DNA of 64,000 nucleotides from Lama guanicoe. Taxonomy: Eukaryota. Positions 1-11,355 of this stretch are shown here, piece by piece (the first letter of the stretch is position 1; each line of letters begins with the position of its first letter). The notes under the pieces were generated by a model. That model saw only the letters and a program-made list of their open reading frames with translations. It did no database searches and was not told the origin of the DNA. Both the position numbers and the translations under genes were made by a program. The stretch lies in assembly GCA_013239625.1 (NCBI GenBank), contig MU053487.1, positions 1,507,058 to 1,571,057 on the forward strand, given 5' to 3'.

Positions 1-1442
1 AGAGCTCTGAGATTAGCATATTGATGACTGTTGATAATGTATCTCATCTACAAGTGTCCTCTTTTCAGTGTCCAGCTCCAAGTGCCATCAAACTGTCATC
101 GGAATTTGCTGGACACTGGTGGTTCCCAAAATGCAGTCTTAAAGTTGGTATTAATCTTCCAAATTTGAAATCGTTCTTTTTATGTCTTAGGTGTTTGATC
201 CCCCCTCCCCCCACTTCAAAGGCCTATTTTGCTTTGCTTTCAGCAAAAGTTGCTTAGAGAAAAAGGGGTAACATCTTTACATGGAAGTATAACCTTTTTA
301 AAAACCATTACAGAACACAGCTGAGCCTCTGAAAGGTGCATTAGGAGGACAGCTGTGGAGGAGGCATTTTTAAAGAAATCTTCAGGCCTACAATTTGAAG
401 GCCCTTTTAACCACCTCCTGTGTCCCACAGACCTCAAGTTTTCATTATTACAGATAAAATGATGTCTCCAGGCTTTTCGTTTGGTTGCCTAGAACTTTGA
501 CATACCAACACATGAACTCCTGTTTATTTTTTTATTCTTTTTATTTCTAACTCCTTGGAGCTGTACTTCCAGTTAGCTCTAGGCAGTCTGCAGTTAATGC
601 ATGTGAGGATGGTCAGTGGACCCTGACCATCTTTCAAAAAAGTGAAACAGCATTCGTGTGACATTAAGAATAATGTCAGAGTGTGAAGCCTAAAACAAGA
701 ATGTGATATCCTGAGTAAGCTGTTTAATCCTGTCTATTATTTTCATCTCAACCCAGTGGGTTAAGATGGCAGATTTCTGTGGGAATGGTGTGCTTAAACT
801 CTGGGGCAATGCTAATATTATGCTTTGCCATAATTCATAACTAGACAGGAAAAAAAGCATGAGTCTACTGTTGTGGTTCTATTGGATGAAAACCAAGGCT
901 TAGTAACCGGTCAGTGCAAGATACATTTTGGTCTAGTATGGCTACACTACATCTTGTTTCCTACCAAATGGTCAGGCACATTCTCCTCTGATTCCTTAAT
1001 AGATTCCTGTAGCAAATAGGCACAGAAACAAGCTGTCAGCAACTCTATCAATTTAAAGAGAGCAAGAATTGTGAAGTGTTATTTCCTTATCAGCTTTTCC
1101 AGGCTACCAGATTATTCTTTGTGTGCCTTGCAACTATCAGAGCTAAATATGATATTTACATTTTTTAATAGCAAACATAGGATGGGCAGGAACTAATCAA
1201 AATAGATGCTGGTTATGCACAGCTAGTGTGGATATCCTGGAGCATATTAGCTGAGTATCCATTCTGTTTAGAGTAATGTTAAACCAGAAGAAAGCATCCT
1301 CTTCATCATTATCTTTATCACAACCACTGACATGTTTTGTGCTTTTACATTTTGCAGTACTGGTTTAGGATCAATATACAGGGCTAAGCGCATCTCCTGC
1401 CTCCCCACCTTCTATCCCTTAATTCATGTCAAAGTTGGAGTA

Positions 1443-1776
1443 TGTTGACCTAAAACAAATAGACCGTCAGATAGTTCTCCAGCAAAGACGAGATTATTCA
1501 GGATCAGCAGAGAATTACAATTCAGGGTCTGCAAACATGGCAAGTCATGTGCAAATCCCCGCAGGGCAAAGGAAGGAGAACTCTTATAGAGGGGAAAGGA
1601 GGGTAGGAGAGCTGTAAATGCAGAGTCCTTGGCTTTCCATAGGCTGAGTTCTTGCCAAGAAAGAATAGGAGTCTTTCGTCTTCCTGTTGGGCTCCACCAT
1701 TACTGCAGGGCATGAGAGCTCCCCAGTTTGGCCTCCCATCTCTATTTAGTGGAGGTCAGTTTATTAATGTTTTACA
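1443..1776 (-). mobile_element. Solo LTR, ERV1-like
   Basis: On the minus strand it begins TGTAAAA and ends GTCAACA (TG...CA termini), 334 bp. Flanks agta/agaa fit a decayed 4-bp TSD. Resembles laurasiatherian ERV1 LTRs as I recall them. Confidence 0.6.
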
Positions 1777-2429
1777 AGAACAGATGCTGAAGACTCTGTA
1801 ACAGATGAAACTTTGATAGGACCCTGCTGTTTATGGAAACATCTTAAAACAAACTGAGAAGATGTCTGTGAAAATGGCAGTAGAAGATAGTAACTCCACT
1901 GGTACTTTCAAACTAGAGATTACAGAGACCTGGGTTAGGATAAGATTAACCTGTGAGTAGTTCAGCAAGTGGCCCCCACGTTCCAGGCAGGTTCTAATCA
2001 GCCAGGGCAGTATGTGAGCACTGTGATCAGTGAGGCAAGCAGGTGCTCTCTGTAGGGGGGAAGAAAAGAGGGAAAAGAGAACAGACGTATGCAGACATAA
2101 GCTAACTTGTATGTACCCATGTAGAGCATATGTCCCTTCCTTCTTGCAAGATTGGTGAAGGTAGATCAAACTGCATACAAGGGCAGCCAGGAGAATCTCA
2201 AATAGAAAGATGAGTGCATAAGTAAAGACAAATTCCAAACAAAGTCTATGAAAAAGTGATAGAAAGTGACAATTATGTGTCTCAGAACTATAGATACTGC
2301 AGATAAAATAAGACAACATCATGAAAAATGGTGTGCCTATTTATTCAACAACATAGCCAAAATGCTCGAATTCTTTGGAAATGCTCTTGGCAAAAGCTGA
2401 AATTAAATGAAAAAAAGAAAAAAGAGGCC

Positions 2430-2930
2430 CTATATCTGTTAGAGAAATTGTCAAAAATATTCCCATACAAAACCTTCAAGGCCAAATAATTTTACTGGTG
2501 AATTTTGCCAATTATATTTAAGGAAAAATTAATATAAGCTGTACACAAATGGTTTCGTAAAGTAAAAGGGAGAGAAACATATTCTGACTTGCTGTATGAA
2601 GCCAGAAAAATCCTGATACCAAACCTGACAATCACAAGAATACAATTATTAACCAGTATATCTTGACAAAATCTTACCAAATCATATTCAACTTATTTTA
2701 AAAATGGATATTATGCCATGATTCAATAGCATCAATCCCAGGAATACAAGTTCAAATTAATTTTACCATCATGACAGGAGAAAAACCAAATGCTCATCCC
2801 AACAGATGCAGAATAAGCATTTTTAAAAATCTATCAACCATTCCTAATAAAATATCTCAGCTAGCAAACTAAAACAGGAAAACATCATCCTTAACCGTAT
2901 AAAGGGCACAGATAAAAGACTTACAGTTAA
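2430..2930 (+). mobile_element. Old L1 (L1M-type) ORF2 fragment
   Basis: A-rich, with L1 ORF2 nucleotide hallmarks such as ttttactggtgaatt, tatgaagccag, cctgataccaaacctgacaa, gatgcagaataagcatt. No open frame. Confidence 0.75.
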
Positions 2931-3014
2931 TAAATAAATTAATGATAAAAAACAATGCATGGGAACTATAAGGTTGGGAGCGGACAAAGATATTTCCTCT
3001 TTTCTTGGACAGTG

Positions 3015-3470
3015 TGTCACCAAGCAGGACCCTATAGGACAGAGCCCTCCCCCATATCCTGTGCTGTAGCTCCTCTCTGAACGATCCAGATAATAGTATC
3101 CCCTGCATGTGTCCTGAGTTTTTTCAATGCTCAAAACCACCACCAAATTGAAGAAATGAACCACTTGATGATTGTGAGCACGTGGCACTCAGAGATTGAT
3201 AGTGTTGCCCGCCCTGTTTCCTCACCACCAGCCAATCGGAGAACTGCGCACGCGCTGACCACGTGCCCCTCCACCCCCTCCCTCACCTGCCTTTAATTAA
3301 GCTTTGCTGAAAGCCTTCAGGGAGCTCAGGTTTTCCTCTCAGCCAGCTCCACCCTCAGCTCCTTTGTCGACCCTACGGGCCCTGCCGGCAACCTCGCTCT
3401 GCCCCAAACTTCGAGGTTTTGGTGTGTTTGGCCTCACAGTGCGTGGGGCACGGACTTGCCTCCGCTAACA
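3015..3470 (+). mobile_element. ERV1 5' LTR (cetartiodactyl-type)
   Basis: Starts TGTCACCAAGCAGGACC and ends GCTAACA. CCAAT at 3232-3236, TATA-like ctttaattaa at 3291-3300. Followed within 5 bp by a PBS-like sequence. Confidence 0.8.
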
Positions 3471-4370
3471 GTTTTGGTCAAGCGAGTCCCGGAGTCTGTG
3501 CCCGCGGCGGGTGGACCTCGGCCCGGGCCCCTCCCCCGGGTGGCAGCAGCGGCCGGGGCTCCCTTCGCTCAGGGGGTCTCGGAGGGACCTGCCCGAAAGG
3601 CGCAGGCCGTCCCGCCGCGAGGCTGTTTGGAGCCAGAACCTTCCAGAGCTGCGTCCACACCCCGGGTCGCCTGAGGGTGAGTGAGCCCAGCTCCCGCGGG
3701 CTGGGAGTTCTCTCCGCCGTCCGGGCCCGTCCGCACGGGGAGGGGGCCGCTCTGGGCTCAGGGCCGGCCGCTCCGCGTCCTGTTTGGAGCTCTCGAGGCC
3801 CAGCTGTTCGGAGGCCCCGGTCTAGGAGTACCGGCGGAATTTTTAGACGACGTCTCCTCAGGTTTGCCGTCTGTGCGACCGGAGCTGCTTCGCGGCTTGT
3901 GTTTCTGTGGGTCTGCTTTCGGGGTGAGCCACGCGGGCTTGCGCAGGATGGAAAATCCCACCCGCTCCGCCCGGCTGCTTCCCCAGCGGGGCCGGCGCCC
4001 CGCTGGGTCCCGCCTCCTTCCAGAGCTGGGCTCGTGCGTTTGCAGGCCTCCGTCTGGGCGTGGGAGTGGGATTCGGGGGCTGCACCTAGTTGAGCTTTGT
4101 TTGTGGCACCGTGTGTGTTGTTTGTACGTGCGTCAGAACTGGCACTGGCCGGTTGAGACGTCCCTGAGTAACAGGGTCACGTGTGAGGACACCAGGGTGT
4201 CCTTCCGTGTTGCGTTGGCCTCGCCCCGGGCAGAGGTTGGGACTTTCCCTCGTCCAGCCTCATCTCTGAAGGGGCGCTGGCTGGGGTTCTCCCCTTTTGG
4301 GCTGGCGGGGCTTTGGTTGGGAATCTCGCAGTGGGGGCTGGGGAACTGTGACCCTGAGAGACGGCTTTCG
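3230..4370. promoter_or_regulatory. CpG island over the ERV LTR and leader; candidate promoter
   Basis: About 60 CpGs counted by hand in 3481-4080, roughly 1 per 10 bp, against CpG depletion elsewhere. NRF1-like TGCGCACGCGC at 3245-3255, CACGTG at 3179-3184 and 3260-3265, GC boxes, donor AGG|GTGAGT at 3676/3677. Confidence 0.75.
3475..3496 (+). other. Degenerate primer-binding site, tRNA-Arg type
   Basis: TGGTCAAGCGAGTCCCGGAGTC aligns with TGGCGAGCCAGCCAGGAGTC, the complement of the tRNA-Arg(ACG) 3' end, with a few substitutions and two 1-bp insertions. Confidence 0.6.
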
Positions 4371-5636
4371 TTGTTTGCTTGATACTTGGTAACATCAGCT
4401 GTGAATAATTGTGTGGATGATCAGAGCTCTGTTCCATCTTATATATAGTTTTCCCAGAGTGTATTTTGCAAAACCGGGAGATCTTCAGCTAAGCTGCCTT
4501 AAATGAAAGAAAATGATATTTGTATTGTAACACTTTGTGACCTTAGGACTCCCAGAAATCGGGAAAACAGTGGCGCTAATAACTCTGCTATTGTATCAAA
4601 GTGGGCCTTCTGCAGTTTGGCTTTTATCTTGGGTGTGTCCAAAGCCTGTTCTCTCTTCCTGGTTGTGCTGAAAGTGGGGCATGCGAATGTGAGTGACTAT
4701 GTTTATATGTATTTTATTATCAATTACTGTTATTTAAACTGAAGTGGATATTTGGGAACTGGGAAAAAAAAAAACTGAAAATAGCCACGATATTTGGGTT
4801 TGGTATAGCAGAGGAGGAATTTGCGTTTCACTTCCTGTGCCTTTGAGATGTAAATGATCTACCTGGGCTCACGAGGAAAAAAAGGTTTTTTTAAAACTCA
4901 AGCAGGAAAACTGAGATCTCTAGTTCTGTCTGTCTTTATGTAAAAATTAACATGTAAAAGAATTCTATTTAATTGACTTAAAAGTAAGCACTCAAATTAA
5001 ATACTTCTAAGTATAAAAGAAGCTAGATAACAAATTTCAGGCTCATGTGATCTAGGAAATATTCAATACTAAGTTAACATCTGATATGAAAGCTAGTTTA
5101 AGCTTGTTGGTATAATCAACCCAGACATCTTTTACTGTACCTAAGTTTACTGAAGGTCAGTGGGTTTATGTTGTTTCTGTTGCCAAGTTTGTCTGCAGGA
5201 AAAGAAATTTTAGTTTACTTGCTATGATAAAATGCTTATAAGTAAATTAAATGCAAATGGCATAGGAGTTTTTCAGGTGAGCTCTTCAGAAATAATTCTG
5301 AGGAATGTCTACTTAAAAATGATCTCTCCGTACATTTGGTAACTTGAAATTTTAGAGTTGTGCTAACTTAAGTTAAATAATGGACATTTATTATATAGCT
5401 AGATCATTCCCAAACAAAATAAGAAACTGAAATATTTACTAAACATTGGCTTCCCTTTACAGAGAAACTAAAGGTATTTAAGACTATTAAGTATTTTCAC
5501 TGCCACACTGAAATATTTTCTATAAACACATGTTTTTAGAAATTACTGGTATTTATGTTTGCCAATCTACAGAATGCTAATGTAAAAGACAGTTCATAAT
5601 TGCTTACTTCTTGGTTTTCACTAGAAATTAAGGTTT

Positions 5637-5973
5637 ATGTATATATATATATATTTATTGAAGTACAGTCAGTTTACAACGTTGTCAATTTCTGGTACAG
5701 CACGATGCTTCAGCCATACATGAACATACATGTATTCGTTTTCATATTCTTTTTCACCATAAGTTAATACAAGATACGGAATATAGTTCCCTGCACTATA
5801 CAGTATGAATGGATTTTGTGAGAATCCTCCGTATTTCAAAGTGAGAGATACTCTGCCGCCAGCGTTCAGTAGGTGTTCTGTGCGATTCATTGGGTTTGTA
5901 GATGTAATTGTTGGTGTATTTGTGGGAGAGGGTGAACTGTGGGTCTCTCTAAGGTGCCATCTTGACACCTCCT
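5637..5973 (-). mobile_element. Mini-L1: L1 5'UTR start (5973-5810) fused to L1 3'UTR end and tail (5809-5637)
   Basis: Perfect 16-bp TSD ctagaaattaaggttt at 5621-5636 and 5974-5989. Minus strand starts AGGAGGTGTCAAGATGGC (L1 start with YY1 core) and contains ACAGAACACCTACTGAACGCTGGC. The 3' part matches the L1 3'UTR copies at ~8115-8272 and ~55067-55220. Confidence 0.85.
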
Positions 5974-6201
5974 CTAGAAATTAAGGTTTCTAAGAATTGA
6001 AGATTCTAATTATGTATGTCATTAAAGCTATACAAAATAATAAAGGAAACATCAGTATACAGTAGGACAGTAGGATATATATTTTGAGTAAAAAGCATGA
6101 GGAATGAAACTGCTTTTTTTAAGTAAACAGTTTATAGAAGGGGAGACCTAAAGAAATTTTGTGCATGGTCGGGCTCAAATTAGATTTAAACTTAGTTAGT
6201 T

Positions 6202-6348
6202 GGGGGAGGGAGTTACAGCTCAGTGGTAGAGCACATGTTTAACATGCATGAAGCCATGGTTCGATCTCCACTACCTCCGTTAAATGAAATAACAATAAAT
6301 AAATAAACTTAATTACCTTCCCTCCCAAAACAAACAAACAAATAAAAA
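6202..6348 (+). mobile_element. tRNA-derived SINE (camelid Vic-1 type)
   Basis: A box agctcagtggtagagc, B box ggttcgatctcc, AT-rich segment, aattacctt-ccc motif and A-rich tail. TSD aaactta(g/a)ttag at 6188-6199 and 6349-6360. Confidence 0.85.
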
Positions 6349-6965
6349 AAACTTAATTAGGTGAAGGAATTTTGTTATTAAAAGTAGTCTGGTGCAGGAC
6401 CAAATTTGGCTCCTGTCTGTTAACAGAACAGGTTTACTAAGAATGCTTCTGATAACAGATTGTGTGAAACTTTTTGATATTTTTGACAAACTTCTTATCA
6501 AATTCTAATTAAAGTTATTTTGACTTCAACTAAGTTTGGAGTGCTCCGGAGGGCCCCTGAGGCGCCTCAGAGAAAAATATTTTGCTAGTATTGGTTGGCA
6601 TGTTAAAATACTCAGAAAGAATTGTCAAATGAGTGATACGAATGTTATTAATGTAGATATTCCAGAAATTATATAAAGTTTCTGAAATTTAGATATGTCT
6701 TGGTACAATGTTATCAGTCGTAATTCTAGTTGTTATAATAAAATGTATGTCACAGTGACTTGATTAAGCATCTTTGTCAGAAACGCTGTAGTCAGATCTT
6801 TAACCTTGCCTTTTTAAGTCTTTTGTCACTCATAGACAGCTCAACTGATGCTTTGCAAAACTGCTTCATCTTCAAGAAGATTCATAAAAAGAAATTTTTG
6901 ATAAGTACAGGTTTCCTTTAAATCATACTGCTGAACTGGGTAAAATATTCAAAAAGTCTAATGAA

Positions 6966-7087
6966 GTAATAGCTCAGTGGTAGAGTGCCTGCTTAGCAGC
7001 ACGAGGTCCTGGGTTCAGTCCCCAGTTCCTCCATTAAATAAGCAAATAAACTTGATTACCTCCCCCCAAAATAAACAAACAAACAAA
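6966..7087 (+). mobile_element. tRNA-derived SINE (Vic-1 type), slightly 5'-truncated
   Basis: tagctcagtggtagagtg...gggttcagtcccc, with the same tail structure as the copy at 6202. Decayed TSD aaaagtctaatgaa / aaaatctagtgaa. Confidence 0.85.
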
Positions 7088-7659
7088 AATCTAGTGAAAA
7101 CTCCAATTTCCTAAAACTGTCATTAAAAAGGGTTAATTACGTAGGTTTGAGTAAACTGATGAATATGGTTATAATTTTTTGGTTTTGTCTGAAATATTAC
7201 TAGGTCTTGTGTTTTTTAAATTGAACTGCTTACCAAATATTTGTCTCCCTATCAGTATTGAAAGTTACTGTTTTACTTCCAACCATGCTGTTGCCCCCAA
7301 TGTTTGGGATAGAAAGAGAATTCTCTAACGGAGTTGTCACAGAATATAACTATCATGATGTGTAACAATGCTGGCTGTAAGACTATTGCTAAAAGCACTT
7401 GTACAGTGCTTGTATAACAGTTGGGTATAAGTGGTAAGATGTATGACTTATAAATTGTTTTCCCACTGACATACCTCTGAGCCTGTTCACGTATCTGATT
7501 CGTTTTCCCTCAACATGAATAACCAGGCAAACATAAAGGAGGCCCAGCACCACGGGACATGATCTGACCCTGGGGCAGGAGCCATTACCCCAGCATGGAG
7601 GGATGGGTATTCTGATCCTCAGTGCTTTCTACTGAAAGATTTGTAATCAGAAGGGGAAA

Positions 7660-9440
7660 TGATGGGGAAATCTGCACATACTGAGGTATGGGGATGTCGT
7701 TCTGGCTTATACACAGTTTAACTTAATGATCAAAGTGTCCTGTTTTATGACCTTTTTGGGTATGCATTGTACATCTGCTTTTGTCTGGAGGAAGGGGATG
7801 CACTTGAAAATCCAAATGGAGTAGCTGTGATTCAGACATTCAAGATAAAACTATGTGGCCATCGTGGATGTGGTTTCAAACATGTTTTTGTATTGTTGAG
7901 AACTTGAATTTTCTGAGCTGTGTCTTACTCAGGAGACCACCGACCATTCTCAAAGCAATGTCTGCTGGCAGCTGCAACCTTAGGACCTCAAGGTCTCTTC
8001 TTTGAACTGTTAAGTCTTTAGACAATAAAATTGCTTTAGATCAGATGTTAGCCAAAAAAAAACCCACCATGTAATGACCAATAGCTCCTGTTATGTATAT
8101 GTTTTTTAATACATTTTTATTGAAGTATAGTCAGTTTACAGTGTTGTGTCAATTTCTTGTGTACAGCACAATACTTCATTCATATAGGAATATACATATA
8201 TTCATTTTCATATTTTTCACCATAGGTTACTACAAGATATTGGATATAGTTCCCTGTGTTATACACTATGAACTTGTTGTTTATTTATTTTATGTATATT
8301 AGTTAGTATCTGCGAATCTAGAACTCCCATTTTATCCTTTCCCAACCCCTTACCCCAGTAACCATAAGTTTGTTTTCTGTGTCTGAGTCTGTTTTTGTTT
8401 TATAAATAAGTTCATTTTTCTTTTTTTTTTTTTCCTCTCTTTTAAAATTCCACATGTAAGTGATAACATGGTATTTTTCTTTTTCCTTCTGGCTTACTTC
8501 ACTTAGAAAGACTTTCGCCAGGTCCATCCATGTTGCTGCAAGTGGCATTATTTTATTATTTATTATGGCTGAGTGATATTCCATTATATAAATATACCAC
8601 AGCTTTACCCAGTCATCTGTTGGTGGACATTTAGGTTGTTTCCATGTCTTGGCTATTGTAAATAGTGCTGCTACTATAAACATTGGGATGCATGTGTCTT
8701 TTTGAATTAAGGTTCCCTCTGGATATATGCCCAGGAATGGGATTGCTGGATCATAGGGTAAGTCTGTATTCAGTTTTGAGGAATCTCCATACTGATTTCC
8801 ATAGCGGCTGCATCAAATGACATTCCCACCAGCAGTGTAGGAGGGTTCCCTTTTCTCCACACCCTCTCCAACATTTATCATTCATGGANNNNNNNNNNNN
8901 NNNNNNNNNNNNNNNNNNNNNNNNNNNNNNNNNNNNNNNNNNNNNNNNNNNNNNNNNNNNNNNNNNNNNNNNNNNNNNNNNNNNNNNNNNNNNNNNNNNN
9001 NNNNNNNNNNNNNNNNNNNNNNNTTGCTTGTTTAGATCTTCTGCCCATTTTTGGATGGGGTTGTTTGTTTTTATCTTAAGTTGTATGAGCTGTTTATATA
9101 TTCTGGAGATTAAGCCCTGTGAGTCTCATCATTTGCAAATATTTTCTCCCATTCTGTAGATTGTCATTTTGTTTTGCTTATGGTTTCCTTTGCTGTGCAA
9201 AAGCTTTTAAGTTTAATTAGGTCTCATTTGTTAATTTTTGCTTTTATTTCTGTTGCTTGGGTAGACTGCCCTAGGAGAACATTGCTGAGATTTATGTCAG
9301 ATTGTATATGTTAATATCACATCAGAAAGAGGTTAAAACCTGCTTAGATAAAAGTAGACAACTGACTACCTGATACAAGTCTTCCCCAAAGTGCCAGGTT
9401 CGGACTGGCTTTCAGGCTTAGTCTCCTGAATTCCTCAGAG
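7660..9440 (+). mobile_element. Possible LTR after the polypurine tract, split by the L1 at 8104-9302
   Basis: Begins TG directly after the PPT and has LTR-like composition. It does not align by eye with the LTR at 3015-3470. The right boundary is a guess. Confidence 0.3.
8104..9302 (-). mobile_element. 5'-truncated young L1 (ORF2 C-terminus and 3'UTR), spans an N gap
   Basis: ORF 8318-8683 reads MFIVAALFTIAKTWKQPKCP...MEYHSAI...WMDL...LSEVSQ, the L1 ORF2p C-terminus. TSD tgtatatgtt at 8094-8103 and 9303-9312. Confidence 0.93.
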
Positions 9441-10435
9441 AATGGGGAATGAGATCCATTTTATTTTTATAATGCTTTTAAATGTAAAAAGAGATTATGG
9501 TAAATAGTTATCTCTGGAGAGGATGAGTTTTGGGTTAGGGGTAGGAAATGTATTTGGTCTCTACCATTTTATTGACAGCCATACCAGCACAATTAACTTG
9601 AATTAGAAAACATCAGATCTCCAGAATAAACACCTACAATTCCTTGGTACCCATCTCCTTCCTCTCCTTCTTGGGTTGGTCTTCTGGTTCTCATTGGCTT
9701 TCATAGTTGTCTTGACTTTTTAAATGTCCTGTTCTCATAGACATTATTTTCTCAGATCAGACGCCTGGAATTACAGTCATTGGTAACCATGAGGATGGGC
9801 TTCCTGGGACTAACCTCCAATTTGGTGGAGTCCTATTGAAATGCCAATCAAAGTTCCAGGCAGCAGGGGAAGAAGGCTTCCCTGGAGCATTTATATTCTG
9901 AAATGTAAATTATGGTTTGCCTTGACTTCCACTGCAGTCTTTAAGATGTCCTCCTCCCTTTGTTCAGAGAACATTCTCAGTGCAGCTGGGAATGCTATTT
10001 CCAATTAACGGGCAAATATGCTTGTAAGGAAAGCAAGACTATTAAATTCTTGAAGTTAAACTTAGAGGGTTTTTTTCTCACAGGCCATGTCAGCTTCACT
10101 GTACCTTGAAAGAATCAGGATTTTGGTGAAATATGATACATTCAGAATAAAATAAAAATTTACTAGGAATTACACCTATTAAGGTTTAGGAATCATGAAC
10201 AGGCAACTCATGCCAGCTTATTCCAGTTTGTCTACCATCTTAAAGACTGTTTTATTAATACAAATAGATGAGTCTATTTTGTAATTTAAGTTGTCAACTT
10301 AAATATTTTTCCTCTAAGAGATGTTAGAAATAATGAGAAATAATCTTCTTTGAGGAAAATCAAAATTATATGTACTCACTGACGCATAGAAACACTGACT
10401 TCCCTGTCTACATCCCTTTTGTGTCTTTCCCCATT

Positions 10436-11355
10436 TGTGGCCGACTGAACTATTAGCTTCACAACTCATCCCTCCTTCTGGATGCACCTTCGCTGCATCA
10501 TTTTGCCATCTCTGACCAAGGTAGAACCATGTTCATTACTGCCTGATTTTGGCCAATGAAATATTTGCAGACCTGATGCAATCAAGACTCAACAAAGACT
10601 CTCCTTGAAAATGTTCGACAACCAACTCTCACCTTATTAAGCAGAGGGTGGAGAATCAGTTGTCAACAACATGAGGGAAAACCTTCTGATTTTGTTACAT
10701 TTGCTATTTTCCATGGTATCAGTAGTTCACTACTGCTAGCTTCAAGCTACCCAGGAGATGCTGCTGAGTCAACTCGGGAAAGAGACTTAGAGTCACATAC
10801 CATTTATAGTATTTCTACCACACAGAGAGAGTAGACCTTAATAACCTCAATATTCTAAATACTAAGAATGCAGAAAGACAATGAAGGTGGTGCATTTTGA
10901 ATATTTATCTTCCTTTATAATTTAATTAATTTTGACCATATCCTCCTATAATTTGAATTTTAATAATGGCTGTTTTTAACTACCAATTCACGAAAGGCTG
11001 AAAATATAACAATGAACTCTTTATAAATAAGTACAACCCGCTGTAGCTCACTCCTGCTTGAAATGAACTTTGCAGGTTGGCCAGCTCTCCTGCACTTCTT
11101 TCAACAGCACTGAGAAGAGCATGCCTAGCCAAGGCCACTGGTTCAAGGAGGATACACACACAGGGAGCAGTGTCTCCCAGCTCACTCACTGACCTGCAAT
11201 GTGAAGCAGAACCATCTTACTAAACCCTGGGGGTTGGAGGGGAGCAGACCCACAGGTGCTGCAGATCAACGGAAATGAACAGTTGCTACTTGAGCCTACT
11301 GAGTTTGGGGTTCACTGGTTATATAGCATGATTGGAGTGGTACATGACTAATACC
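10436..11355 (+). mobile_element. MLT1 (ERVL-MaLR) LTR interrupted by a DNA transposon
   Basis: MLT1-like start (tgtggccgac...tggccaatgaaat) and end (actgagtttggggttcactggttatatagca...tgactaatac). Confidence 0.55.
10640..11058 (+). mobile_element. MER63-like hAT-Blackjack element
   Basis: Terminal segment ctgaaaatataacaat...gtacaacccgctgtagctcactcctg resembles the MER63 end. A related inverted copy lies at ~46515-46700. Confidence 0.5.

Larger units (their letters stand above)
3471..7659 (+). mobile_element. Non-coding ERV1 (MER4-group-like) internal region, interrupted by younger insertions
   Basis: Follows the LTR and PBS. GC-rich leader, then an AT-rich non-coding body. Ends in polypurine tract agaaggggaaa (7649-7659) followed by TG. 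No gag/pol/env motifs in the ORF track. Confidence 0.6.

Noticed and set aside
3419-4382. Long overlapping ORFs of 224 and 233 aa
   Set aside because: They are Arg/Gly/Pro/Ala-rich products of GC-rich DNA with non-ATG starts and no gag or cellular domain motifs.
5669-5968. 99-aa ORF spanning the mini-L1
   Set aside because: It reads through UTR-derived sequence from a GTG start and resembles neither ORF1p nor ORF2p.
6202-7087. tRNA gene calls for the two A/B-box elements
   Set aside because: They have SINE tails and TSDs, and the acceptor stems are not intact.
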